The notes under the pieces were generated by a model that was given only the letters and a program-made list of their open reading frames with translations, made no database searches and was not told the origin of the DNA. Of a stretch of 64,000 bases of DNA, positions 37,601-46,467 are shown in pieces (position 1 is the stretch's first letter; each line of letters opens with the position of its first letter). The stretch comes from a virus. Taxonomy: Duplodnaviria > Heunggongvirae > Uroviricota > Caudoviricetes. The position numbers and the translations under genes are program-made. The stretch lies in the IMG/VR virus record IMGVR_UViG_3300009419_001390. The stretch is one strand, 5' to 3'.

Positions 37601-40414
37601 TTGCCGGCAGCACTGCGCCAAGTATTTCGTTCAATCGTAACTGACGAAAGACTCAGCAGTGAGGATATTATCTATAGGCTTGGAGATCCGTATTATGGAA
37701 TACATCTAGACTTGACCATGCTGGTCCAAGCAGGTATTCGTGCAGAAACTGCATCAGCATTTGTAGATGCAATGTCCAATTATCACTACGATAAAAAGAT
37801 TAATTTTGGCACAATTAAAAAAGCAGTGGCCAGATACACCAATGGTGATGTCAAGTATGAAGTTTTATACGTTGAAGTGTTTGACTACAACAACAAAAAT
37901 CTTCCAGGAACCACAGTTGCATTACCTAGTGGGCAACCAAGAGTGCTTGGATCTGTAGATGATCCAGTTTTGACGTCAGATGATTTTCAGTACGTGGCAG
38001 ACAGCGTGACACGAAACGAAGACTTTGGATTGGTGACTGATCCACAAATCATTGGAGACACACAGGTTTATTCTAACTCATTTGCAAATATGCAAAATGA
38101 AATTGAACAAGGCATTGGCTACGAGTTTCAAGGTGCTTTGCCCGAATGGATGCAGAGTATTCAACCCAGTACCGGAGTTCCGCTGGGATTTGTTCGTGGA
38201 CTAGTACTAGCATATGCCAAACCCGGACAAGGTGATAAATTACTCTATCGTTACACAGCCGCACTAACACAAAGCGGATATGGTGTGGTAGACATTATGA
38301 ACACCTTTAAGTTTGTTGCAGATAGATATCAGTGGGATAGAACTCTCAGCGTCAACTACGATCCCGAAAGTGGAAGTTTTGTTCCAAGTCAAACAACAAC
38401 ATTTGACAGGATCCCTAGTGCAGGTATTGTCGAAAAAGGCGCATGGATCAACCGCGATAGTGGTATTAGTACAGACCTGCTGAGTATTGTTTATGGATCC
38501 GGATCTTATGTTGCTGTGGGTCGAGACAGCAGAGTGCTAGTTAGTACCAGCGGTACAAACTGGAATATTGAATCACAAAGGATTAGTTTAAGTTACGCAT
38601 CAGCATTGATATCAAATCTTGCAATTGGTGGCACAACAATAGTATTGCCATACACATCAAAGATCAGTATTGATGACGAAGTATTACAATCATCAGTATT
38701 TGAAACAGATACTCGTTGTTATATAAATTCAGTTGACAATGCTGTGAGATTAAGTGCTAATCTTGCAAATGCTTTGCCCAGTGGCACAGGGCTAGAATTC
38801 ATTGACTACAGAGGTGGCGGAAGATATTATGCTACCACAAGCAACATAACATCAGCTGGTACCAGTGTTTTATTTGTTGACAATGTTACTAATCTAAGTG
38901 CCGGCTACGGAGTTATTGTTAGAGGCATTGATATTGCAAATGCCGCTGTGGTTACTGCTAATATTGGATTGACAGTGACACTCAGCAATGTCACAACCTA
39001 TCAAATTCCAAGTGGAACAAAAGTAACTTTTGACAACTTGCAAGGTCAAATTGAAATACTAACCACCACTGGAACAACCCCAGCTGGTAATTCTCAAATT
39101 ACATTCACCAGCCTGGGCAATGTCACAACAGGATTTTATCCAAGGCTCACCGCAATTCCCACAGCAACAACCACGCAGTCGTTGTTTACCTATGCAGAAC
39201 TAAGTGAAGCATCAAACAGTTTGGTGTTGCGTAATACCGAGATTGAATTCACGCACAGACTCACTGCGCCTGCAACTGTTGGGGCAACCACACTGTATTT
39301 TAGTAACACTGACCAACTGTCGTTGGGAACTGAAATTTTTGCTGTGAGCACAGAAAGCAACACCACAAACAACGCACATTGGGCCGCTTTGAATCCAGCC
39401 GGAAACACCTTGTATATCACTGTTCCCTACAGTGCAATCAATGGTGATATATTTCGAGGCATGCGTGTGGTAGGACCAGGGCTACCAGCAAGTGCTATAC
39501 TATCAGAGATTGCCGGAAATGCCACAGTGGCCAATTTAACGTTGAATTTTACAAGTTCTACTGTGGCAGCACAGGCCAATGTTGCAATTTCATTCTTGAC
39601 ACCAACTGTTGTGTCGGCCGGAACAACTATAATTGGAAAAAATTCAACCAGTATTTCTTTAAGCAGTCCAATTACTGCTAACATAGGACTTGGTGCAGAT
39701 TCAACAATTGAATTTGGTCTCACTGGAGTCGCACTTACCAATGTTATATTTGATGGTCAACGATTTGTTGCAGTAGGAGACCGAGGATTGATCATTGACA
39801 GAGAAATTGGATCAAGAACCTGGAATCAGCGACTTGGATTAGTGTACGGGGATCTCAAAGCCATTGGTCATAGAAGCTACTATTCTGGAAACAATCTACA
39901 ATACACATATGTGGCTGTTGGCAACGAAGGTGCTGTGATTCGTAGCACCGATCTCAACACATGGAGTTTGCCTATTGCTACCCTAGCAAACCGTACTTTG
40001 AACTCTGTTGCCCACAATTATGGGCAATGGGTTGCTGTTGGCGAAGGTGGACAAATTATTACCAGTACTGACGATGGACTATCGTGGACCTTGGACAATA
40101 CCACAACAGAACTTAATCTGTACGATGTTGCATACTTTGGACAATGGATTGCGGTTGGAGACAAAGGATATGTTTATCTGCGTAGTCAAAACAGCAATAC
40201 CTGGACCAGATACAACGTTGGTGCCAGCGATAGCCTACGCAGTATTGCATTTATCAATAATGTAATTTACCTGGTTGGCGCTAGAGGAACCATTGTGTCT
40301 AGCCTGGAAGGAACAAGTGGACCGTGGCAGATAGATTCACAAACAACAGACTCAATGGCATCAGCCGTGGAGCAAGTACACCAGTTGCAATTGGTGCATC
40401 GGGTGTTATTTTAA
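34688..40414 (+). CDS. very large fibre/structural protein (1908 aa) with YHYH domain and C-terminal BNR/Asp-box beta-propeller; reading frame probably continues into 40324..41019 after a -1 shift
   Basis: MYHYHD...GHSKIIGWAADGYPIYGPYGY (YHYH-domain signature); ITSTDDGLSWT Asp-box at 40064..40087. Confidence 0.55.
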   Translation: MAKITWVTPQGDLGTYPENVEFSFLLEADDPLAPDSDLGFDPRNSLTGNGIPNQVTVEIETNKTRWQVQSLNLPGFASVGAFPNDQNPNRITAQPIDAQYPYRGGRNKVAETFTPLPLGPIGISAVGVVLFGPAADIRVPGLNNTVWNVNANVADIFGEDQFGGYPQPNGMYHYHDTKFINSNAWGNIDQWKDGYRHANGHSKIIGWAADGYPIYGPYGYINPMSASAIVRMQSGYTAVASDNRPRPAAVKIPSGRYEFAKVPVTETTGLFPGQRIRGPWPEDKIRIIAVYNNEILLNQVLPTEIRPGVRLSAYWPIGVFVEDYQYTAPQGTSLDPSNGRYCVTPEFPAGTYAYFSTEDVNSEPVYPYMVGPNYYGDITPDDIPGVANIEPAPSTLTYTILSGSLPIGIQLRRDGLIYGFPSVTTIGVSDVREYSFTVRATNTIGQIADRTFVISINNIVPPQILTTGIRGEGVGQTIGNIDLAFTNIGLGYFSTNVSIAISDPDIIGGEPAVAGKVYLHANGAIKAVGLVSSGTGYTSLPTIGITGGNTVAASCTITSLTKSGRENLGYYFDGDYVDIKINALEISPTGILQWQVSQGSLPPGLVIDQTGRISGFAQAPARPGDVGTAAYDVGRYDQFVYDFEGAADSRVYLFNLRIFDGINYVDQRYRLGIYDKTYFLVDNELITADSTRYTADRDGYQYPSIVTASTTLPPVRQGQQYAYQFQSYISNPNLEVKWSVNAGGPARFDQGASPNPDDNNRFFTVVPYDDRSFDQTDLSLPGGIFLDGDTGWLLGRIGTVTQAESTYEFTVTAYVEVPISQSTTSIRRSQPVKFSITVLSDIKETVTWLSPSDLGTIDNGQISSVAIEASTNKNSTLTYKVKSGQYLRVPQGLNLQSNGLLSGRTTFDYFSMDRRNSEITFDSESNTYDSKYVFTVIAQDATGSVYDEKEFTLTVTNVNKKPYENLYLKALLPAALRQVFRSIVTDERLSSEDIIYRLGDPYYGIHLDLTMLVQAGIRAETASAFVDAMSNYHYDKKINFGTIKKAVARYTNGDVKYEVLYVEVFDYNNKNLPGTTVALPSGQPRVLGSVDDPVLTSDDFQYVADSVTRNEDFGLVTDPQIIGDTQVYSNSFANMQNEIEQGIGYEFQGALPEWMQSIQPSTGVPLGFVRGLVLAYAKPGQGDKLLYRYTAALTQSGYGVVDIMNTFKFVADRYQWDRTLSVNYDPESGSFVPSQTTTFDRIPSAGIVEKGAWINRDSGISTDLLSIVYGSGSYVAVGRDSRVLVSTSGTNWNIESQRISLSYASALISNLAIGGTTIVLPYTSKISIDDEVLQSSVFETDTRCYINSVDNAVRLSANLANALPSGTGLEFIDYRGGGRYYATTSNITSAGTSVLFVDNVTNLSAGYGVIVRGIDIANAAVVTANIGLTVTLSNVTTYQIPSGTKVTFDNLQGQIEILTTTGTTPAGNSQITFTSLGNVTTGFYPRLTAIPTATTTQSLFTYAELSEASNSLVLRNTEIEFTHRLTAPATVGATTLYFSNTDQLSLGTEIFAVSTESNTTNNAHWAALNPAGNTLYITVPYSAINGDIFRGMRVVGPGLPASAILSEIAGNATVANLTLNFTSSTVAAQANVAISFLTPTVVSAGTTIIGKNSTSISLSSPITANIGLGADSTIEFGLTGVALTNVIFDGQRFVAVGDRGLIIDREIGSRTWNQRLGLVYGDLKAIGHRSYYSGNNLQYTYVAVGNEGAVIRSTDLNTWSLPIATLANRTLNSVAHNYGQWVAVGEGGQIITSTDDGLSWTLDNTTTELNLYDVAYFGQWIAVGDKGYVYLRSQNSNTWTRYNVGASDSLRSIAFINNVIYLVGARGTIVSSLEGTSGPWQIDSQTTDSMASAVEQVHQLQLVHRVLF

Positions 40415-41019
40415 GTGAAAGTCCTAGCTTTACTGTCAACTGGGCAGTGCGTAACATTGCATTTGACAAGTTTAATTTTGTTGCTGTGGGTAATCTTGAA
40501 GAACAGGGTTATAGAGTACAGGATGGAGATACATTGATATTTGTACAACAAGAAGGATTTGGTGGCTTGAATGATGGGTGGAATCTGTACAGTGAAACAT
40601 TTGGTGATGAACCAGGTTCCGCGCTTGGATTTGATACCAGCACCTTTGATCAGTACACTGTGATTCCAGGCTATACTGAAAGCACAAGCGATAGCAGTCT
40701 AAGCAATCAACGTGCTGGAATTTGGAAAGTGATAATCAATGCAAATAATATTGTAACTTTACAATTCCAACGACAAGTCCTGCCTGGGCAAGTAGTTAAT
40801 GTAACTAGCGAAACTAGCAAACTGTTCTATGACCCGCAAATCAAGGCAGGAAAAACTGTACCAGAATACAGTTTGATCAGCACTTTGTTGCCCGACAGCA
40901 CACAAAACACTAGTTTTGACACTGAAGGAACTCGCTTTAGCAGTAACAGAGACAACTTTACCGAACCCGGAACTCTGGATAAATACCTTAAGTTCCCCAA
41001 AACCGGAGTATTTAGATAA
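40324..41019 (+). CDS. C-terminal continuation of the 34688 gene in the -1 frame (or separate 231-aa propeller-like protein)
   Basis: sequence continues the blade pattern (NGISRGASTPVAIGASGVILSE vs preceding SLRSIAFINNVIYLVGARGTIVSS); overlaps upstream ORF by 91 nt. Confidence 0.4.
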   Translation: MADRFTNNRLNGISRGASTPVAIGASGVILSESPSFTVNWAVRNIAFDKFNFVAVGNLEEQGYRVQDGDTLIFVQQEGFGGLNDGWNLYSETFGDEPGSALGFDTSTFDQYTVIPGYTESTSDSSLSNQRAGIWKVIINANNIVTLQFQRQVLPGQVVNVTSETSKLFYDPQIKAGKTVPEYSLISTLLPDSTQNTSFDTEGTRFSSNRDNFTEPGTLDKYLKFPKTGVFR

Positions 41020-44000
41020 TGGCCAGCTTAGTAAACCCGTTTAATATTAATGGTAATTACCCTATCGCAGGGCAAGACAATGACAGTCAAGGCTTTCGCG
41101 ATAACTTTACCAACATCAAAAACAACTTCATCTTCATTAAACAAGAAGTTGAAGACATGCAATCCAAAGTAATTTTGAAGAGTGCGCTGTCAGGCAGTTC
41201 GCTAGACAACAACTTTTTGGGTTCGCAGGTAAAAAACATTCAAACTAAAAACCAGAGTGAAACTGTGTATGACTGGGGCGAAGTTGGCGGTGCCACTGCA
41301 ACAGAAATCCAGCTTGATCTTGCCCTAGGTAACATTCATAAAATCAATGCTACAGGTGCTATCAAGATCAACTCAGTTATTAAAAACTTTCCAGCAGCAT
41401 TGCAGTATGCAAGAATTTTATTATACATCAACATTTCCAGTGTTACCAATACCCTGGAATTGCCAAGTACACTGACTACCGACACTGCCAGTTTGCCTGG
41501 CTTGCGTGTTATTGCCAGTAGCAAACTGGTTACATTTACAGATCCAGGAGACTATATTTTTGAATTTAGTTCTGTTGACTCTGGGACTACTGTGTTTGTT
41601 CGTGAACTAACAAAAGGTAATCCAGTATTCCGTGATCCTAATTTTTACATGGCGGGCATTGGAGAATATGCCACACCAACACTGAGACTCGGCTGGGGCA
41701 ACCTATTCCCAATTAGTGCTAGAATTGACACAGTAACCAAGAGCGGTACAGACACATTCAGTGTGCGTGGCGGTATAACGTCATTTATGAACTTTGCTGA
41801 TAGTGGTAACAGTCCACTAGATATGAAAACAGCTGGTTTCTCAGTTGCAAAGAGTCGTACCACTGATACAGGTGCTGGCTGGGATGGCAGTAACGAAACT
41901 GTTATTAACAGTGGAGATTACATTGGCTATTTTAATTCTCTAGCTTACACAAACAGAACTGACGGCTCAGGCAACAAGAATTACCAACAAATGGCCTTGA
42001 TTGGTATGTATGCGTCAGGGTCGAACACCAGTTATGGCCTTGGCGGTAATATTGTTATATCTACCAAACGTGATGGCGGAAACATTGCACCTGCAATGAC
42101 CATTGACCAAAATCAAAACGTTGTGTTCCTTGGCAACGTTCAGGTTGACGGTGTACAAACAATTATCAATTCAACAATACTTTCTGTTGACGACAAAAAT
42201 ATTGTAGTAGCACAAGGCGCAGATCCGTCGGCTCCAAGTCAAAGCAATTCAGCTGGTATTATTGTAGATGGTGTATTTGCAAATATTCTTTATTTTGCAG
42301 ATGATGCTACACTATCTGCAAACATTCGCGATCGTTGGCACACCAACAAAGCATTTAGCATTGATGCAACTACCACATCTACATCAAGTGAAACCGGAGC
42401 ATTGGTTGTTGCTGGTGGTGTTGGTATTGCAGAAAATCTATCTGTGGGTGGATCATTTGCGTTAACATCAGCAACTGAAGCAACTAATACGACTACTGCG
42501 GCGTTTGCATTGTCAGGCGGTTTGGCCACAGCTAAAAATATTATTGCTGGTGGAAACTTGCTTGCTAATGCCACAACTGTTGCCAGCAACTTAGTATCAG
42601 GTACATTCCAAGTCAGTGGTGGAGCTGCCATCCGTGGTAACTTGTACATTGGTGGGCAACAAGCACCAGGCACCGGTGGTGTTACACAAACTGGATTATA
42701 TGTTCTATCATCATCATTGAGTGGCAATACCGCAAGCGGAGCATTGGTAGTTAAAGGCGGTGCTGGTATTGCTGGTAACGTGTATCTAGCTGATGCAAGT
42801 TCTGCCAATGGTGTTGTGGTTTCTAGTACACTAAATGTACCTGGAACAATGATGTACTATAGCTCATCAGCTTCAGACGGTAATGTACTGGCCCGCACAA
42901 ACACTGCGGCTTTTAGAGTAGCAGGTGGATCAATTCTTGAAGGCAACGTGATCATTGGTGCTGGTAGTACCATAGGTTCACGTGGTCGGTTGTTTATTGA
43001 CAATGCACAAAACGTTGATGTAGGTGATATTAGAACCGGCGGCGTGGTACTGGGCAATACGGCAGCTATTGTGGGCATGAGTGTAAGTGGTGATATGAAC
43101 GTTGGTACTGATAACTCAGGAACCATTTATATTATCAACAAAGAAGCTGCACTTGGTACTCCAACAACTGGTATTTTAACTCCATATGTACCAACCAAGA
43201 TATCCAGTGATCCAGTGTATGGATCACTTACATCTAGAGGTGGCATAAACATATTTGGCGATACTTTCATTGGTCAACCACACGGCGAGACCGATATCAA
43301 TATATCCGGTACCTGGAGTGGAGCACCAAACGGTGATACCAAAGGTCAAGTTGGTACTCCTGCTATTTTGGCTGCTAACCCATATTATGGTACACCGTTT
43401 GGTGCAGCCAGTGGTAACTTGGTTATCCAAAGTGGTACAAGATCATTTAACTTTACTAGCGGTGCATTGCAGATCAAACAGGTTACCTGGGCAGATGGTA
43501 GTACTAGCGATGGCGGTGCTGGTATTGCTGGTAATTTATATGTTAACTCGGCAGCATTCTTGGGCGGGTTTGGCGTAAGCAGTAACTTTGCAAACCTTGT
43601 TGCCGCAAGTTCTACAGAATCCACAGATGCATTCACAAATCCAAACGGATCATTTGTTGCACTGGGTGGTGCTGGTATCAAACGACGTCTAAACGTAGGT
43701 GGTAACGTTGTTATTCAAAGCGGATCGTTAGCAACATTTGCCACTGGTGCTCCGTCTACCGGTGCATTGATATTGACTGGTACAGGTGGTATTGCCGCAG
43801 GTGGTACTATCATTGCTGGTTCTGGTATGAGCACTGGTAACTTGTTGATTGCCGCAGGCGGTACATCCACAACACCGTTGCAATTGACCACTGGTACACT
43901 AAACACTTCAGCAGTGGCAGGAGCTCTCGAATTCCAAAGCGGTATCTGGTACGCTACTCCTTCTGCAAGCAGTCGCGGTATCCTAAATACTTCTCACTTG

Positions 44001-44579
44001 TTTATATTGAGTGCCAACTCAAGTTTGAACTCTGGATCAACTATCAGTGCTACCAATACTGGTTATGGTATTTTTGGTGGATCGACTGGTACCGGCACAG
44101 CAGGACAGTTCAATGCTGTGGCAGGAACCACGTACCAATTTGAACTCAAAGTTCTACTTGGCACCAGTGGCACACCTGCATCATCAACCATGCAGTTTTC
44201 GTTTGGTGGAACAGGCACTGCGGCCACCTACAACTGGTTCCAGTATCAAACAACCTGTGCCAACCTTAACTATGTGTCTGGCTCTGGCACTGTGCAGTTC
44301 AGCGGATTGGCCAGCAACATTGCTATACAAACCTTTGCAGGTACCACAACAGTGCCTACTGCTACCAGTGGCGTGGTTATATCAGCACAGCAAACAGCAA
44401 ACAAGGTGCTAGAAGTAAATGGTATCATTAGCGTGAACACAGCTGGTACCATTTTACCACAAGTGTCTTTTGGCAGTGCGCTTGGTGTTATTGTACAAGC
44501 ATTGCCAGGCAGTTATTGGAAACTTACTCCAATTGGCGGCTCAAGTACATTTGGTGTTGGTAACTTTGTAACATCATAA
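41019..44579 (+). CDS. tail-fibre protein (1186 aa) with the shared N-terminal motif and GALVVAGGVGIAENL repeats
   Basis: GQDNDSQGFRDNFTNIKNNF N-terminus; multiple GAL-x-V-x-GG-x-GI-x-GN motifs; TAATG coupling. Confidence 0.6.
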   Translation: MASLVNPFNINGNYPIAGQDNDSQGFRDNFTNIKNNFIFIKQEVEDMQSKVILKSALSGSSLDNNFLGSQVKNIQTKNQSETVYDWGEVGGATATEIQLDLALGNIHKINATGAIKINSVIKNFPAALQYARILLYINISSVTNTLELPSTLTTDTASLPGLRVIASSKLVTFTDPGDYIFEFSSVDSGTTVFVRELTKGNPVFRDPNFYMAGIGEYATPTLRLGWGNLFPISARIDTVTKSGTDTFSVRGGITSFMNFADSGNSPLDMKTAGFSVAKSRTTDTGAGWDGSNETVINSGDYIGYFNSLAYTNRTDGSGNKNYQQMALIGMYASGSNTSYGLGGNIVISTKRDGGNIAPAMTIDQNQNVVFLGNVQVDGVQTIINSTILSVDDKNIVVAQGADPSAPSQSNSAGIIVDGVFANILYFADDATLSANIRDRWHTNKAFSIDATTTSTSSETGALVVAGGVGIAENLSVGGSFALTSATEATNTTTAAFALSGGLATAKNIIAGGNLLANATTVASNLVSGTFQVSGGAAIRGNLYIGGQQAPGTGGVTQTGLYVLSSSLSGNTASGALVVKGGAGIAGNVYLADASSANGVVVSSTLNVPGTMMYYSSSASDGNVLARTNTAAFRVAGGSILEGNVIIGAGSTIGSRGRLFIDNAQNVDVGDIRTGGVVLGNTAAIVGMSVSGDMNVGTDNSGTIYIINKEAALGTPTTGILTPYVPTKISSDPVYGSLTSRGGINIFGDTFIGQPHGETDINISGTWSGAPNGDTKGQVGTPAILAANPYYGTPFGAASGNLVIQSGTRSFNFTSGALQIKQVTWADGSTSDGGAGIAGNLYVNSAAFLGGFGVSSNFANLVAASSTESTDAFTNPNGSFVALGGAGIKRRLNVGGNVVIQSGSLATFATGAPSTGALILTGTGGIAAGGTIIAGSGMSTGNLLIAAGGTSTTPLQLTTGTLNTSAVAGALEFQSGIWYATPSASSRGILNTSHLFILSANSSLNSGSTISATNTGYGIFGGSTGTGTAGQFNAVAGTTYQFELKVLLGTSGTPASSTMQFSFGGTGTAATYNWFQYQTTCANLNYVSGSGTVQFSGLASNIAIQTFAGTTTVPTATSGVVISAQQTANKVLEVNGIISVNTAGTILPQVSFGSALGVIVQALPGSYWKLTPIGGSSTFGVGNFVTS

Positions 44580-44582
44580 TCA

Positions 44583-44612
44583 TTGACTTCTAGGTTGGGT
44601 TAGTGTTATACT
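44583..44612 (+). promoter_or_regulatory. sigma70-like promoter TTGACT-18-TATACT
   Basis: upstream of mazG paralog 2, AGGAG SD follows. Confidence 0.55.
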
Positions 44613-44631
44613 AGCCCAACTAGGAGTTAAA

Positions 44632-45078
44632 ATGACAATCGACTTAAACAAATATTCTGAGTTCGTTGGTGCTGTGACCAGCGAACCTTCTCGTGATCTA
44701 ACCACATTCATAGATCGGCTAGATCAGCTGGACGGTAACTATGAACTGTTTGAAGGCGAGACTGAATTGCGACATGGTCCAGATATCAATGTACCACTGT
44801 TGCTCACAGCATGTTTAGGACTTGCCGCAGAATCGGGTGAGTTCATTGAAATTCCAAAGAAAGTGTTCTTCCAAGGCAAACCGCTAACAGAAGAAAATGT
44901 ATTCCATATGAAACGAGAACTGGGTGATGTCATGTGGTACTGGGTCAATGCTTGTAGAGCTTTGAACCTAGATCCAAACGAGGTCATTGCAGAGAACGTA
45001 AATAAACTGAAGGCTCGTTACCCAGGTGGTGAGTTTGACGTAAACCATAGCGAAAATCGACAACAAGGAGATATCTAA
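44632..45078 (+). CDS. mazG: MazG-like nucleoside triphosphate pyrophosphohydrolase (paralog 2)
   Basis: LGLAAESGEFIE and KRELGDVMWYWVNACRAL motifs. Confidence 0.6.
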   Translation: MTIDLNKYSEFVGAVTSEPSRDLTTFIDRLDQLDGNYELFEGETELRHGPDINVPLLLTACLGLAAESGEFIEIPKKVFFQGKPLTEENVFHMKRELGDVMWYWVNACRALNLDPNEVIAENVNKLKARYPGGEFDVNHSENRQQGDI

Positions 45079-45266
45079 TGTCAAGTGTACAAGTAATCAA
45101 AGATGCCGTGGATGCATGGATCAAAGAAGATGATAAATTTACCGCAGGCAACAATGCCGCAGGTACTCGTGCTCGCAAAGCACTAGGTGAATTGGGCAAA
45201 GCAGTCAAAGCACGCCGCAATGAAATCACTGCTGAGAAAAACGCACGTAAAGAAGCCAAGGCCTAA
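45078..45266 (+). CDS. Lys/Ala-rich histone H1-like DNA-binding protein
   Basis: AGTRARKALGELGKAVKARRNEITAEKNARKEAKA low-complexity basic tail. Confidence 0.4.
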   Translation: MSSVQVIKDAVDAWIKEDDKFTAGNNAAGTRARKALGELGKAVKARRNEITAEKNARKEAKA

Positions 45267-45268
45267 TT

Positions 45269-45508
45269 GTGTTTCACCCCCTGGCACCTAATATTTCTGA
45301 ACTCAAAGATGATGAGCTTTATGCTAAAATCACTGAGCTTGGAAACAAAATGAACTCTGCATATCGATCAGGGTCAGGGGATGTGCTACGACAAATGCAG
45401 ATGTTGTTGTCACACTACCAAGAAGAACTGGCTGTGCGCAATCGCAAAAAGCTAGAAGAACTTGAAAAAAATAACAACAACTTCAAAAATATTATCAACA
45501 TAAAATGA
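45269..45508 (+). CDS. hypothetical coiled-coil protein
   Basis: ORF track. Confidence 0.4.
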   Translation: MFHPLAPNISELKDDELYAKITELGNKMNSAYRSGSGDVLRQMQMLLSHYQEELAVRNRKKLEELEKNNNNFKNIINIK

Positions 45509-46017
45509 AACGTGATCAATTTGGATTGAGCCATGCAAGCGAAAGCGAGCTTTGCGAGCTATTGTATGCTCAGCCCAGTCTAGACCTTACACAATTTTTG
45601 GTTGATGATCCCACTGTGTTTAACCATGCAGTCCGGTCATTGTTCGTTGACATCCCAGCTCTAAAAACCTACAAGCCCTACGATGTAACAGTTGAAGAGT
45701 TTGATCAATATCAGCAAGCACAATGGCACATGCCCGAGCAATATGTGAATTTTGATATTGCTCAATGGACACTGGATCAATGCACCACAGATGAAGAACT
45801 GCAACGTGTGGGACAAGAATTGCTCATGTACCAAGAGCGTGACGCTTTCATGCTCTTGCGCTACATGAAGTATCTGGTAGATGTCATGCGAGAAAATGGT
45901 ATTGTTTGGGGAGTAGGGCGTGGATCTAGTGTGAGCAGTTTTGTACTGTACAAGTTGGGCGTTCATCGTATCAACAGCTTGTACTATGATTTAGACCCCG
46001 CCGAGTTCCTCAAATAA
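45505..46017 (+). CDS. orphan fragment homologous to the DNA polymerase III alpha (DnaE) GPGRGS region
   Basis: FMLLRYMKYLVDVMRENGIVWGVGRGSSVSSFVLYKLGV...DLDPAEF aligns with DnaE [45 protein letters not shown]; ORF ends right after. Confidence 0.4.
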   Translation: MKRDQFGLSHASESELCELLYAQPSLDLTQFLVDDPTVFNHAVRSLFVDIPALKTYKPYDVTVEEFDQYQQAQWHMPEQYVNFDIAQWTLDQCTTDEELQRVGQELLMYQERDAFMLLRYMKYLVDVMRENGIVWGVGRGSSVSSFVLYKLGVHRINSLYYDLDPAEFLK

Positions 46018-46021
46018 ATAG
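46015..46021 (+). promoter_or_regulatory. late promoter-like motif ATAAATA
   Basis: 21 nt upstream of ATG 46042, CAGGAGAG SD. Confidence 0.3.
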
Positions 46022-46041
46022 CATACACAGGAGAGTTAATT

Positions 46042-46467
46042 ATGTCAAAAGTATATAGAACAGCACAGGGCAAAGCCATCAATATGGATGCATTGCGTGT
46101 GCAAAACGAAAAAGTAATTGCTGTAGGCAACATGAAAATCAATGCCGCTGGCGATGAGCTTGGCCCAGGTGGCGTAGTTACACGTACTCGAGACCAAGTC
46201 ATGAAAGAGTACTACGACAGCAATGCTGTGTATACCAAAGAAAAAGTTGATGAGCGTCGCGATGAGCCACAACAACCACGCAGTCAAAAAGCTGAAGCAG
46301 AGCACGTGGACTTCCCAGCAGACATCATGGAACAAGATGCGGCCATGGATGAAGTTGATGTTCCAAAACTACGCGGTAATCTTGCAGATGCTGTGGCCAA
46401 AACTGCCAAGGTTGAGCAAAAACTTCTTACACCAAAAAAACCAAGTTCAGGACCAACGAGGATCTAA
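46042..46467 (+). CDS. hypothetical late protein
   Basis: ORF track; late motif + SD. Confidence 0.45.
   Translation: MSKVYRTAQGKAINMDALRVQNEKVIAVGNMKINAAGDELGPGGVVTRTRDQVMKEYYDSNAVYTKEKVDERRDEPQQPRSQKAEAEHVDFPADIMEQDAAMDEVDVPKLRGNLADAVAKTAKVEQKLLTPKKPSSGPTRI

Noticed and set aside
23401-44452. Numerous minus-strand ORFs (up to 245 aa, e.g. 24770..25507, 26435..26836, 28178..28591, 42290..42808) inside the fibre genes
   Set aside because: They are antisense to long, strongly supported + strand fibre genes and consist of Val/Thr/Pro/Ala-rich translations. That is what you expect from reading Ala/Thr/Asn/Gly-rich repeat codons in reverse. None has a start context.
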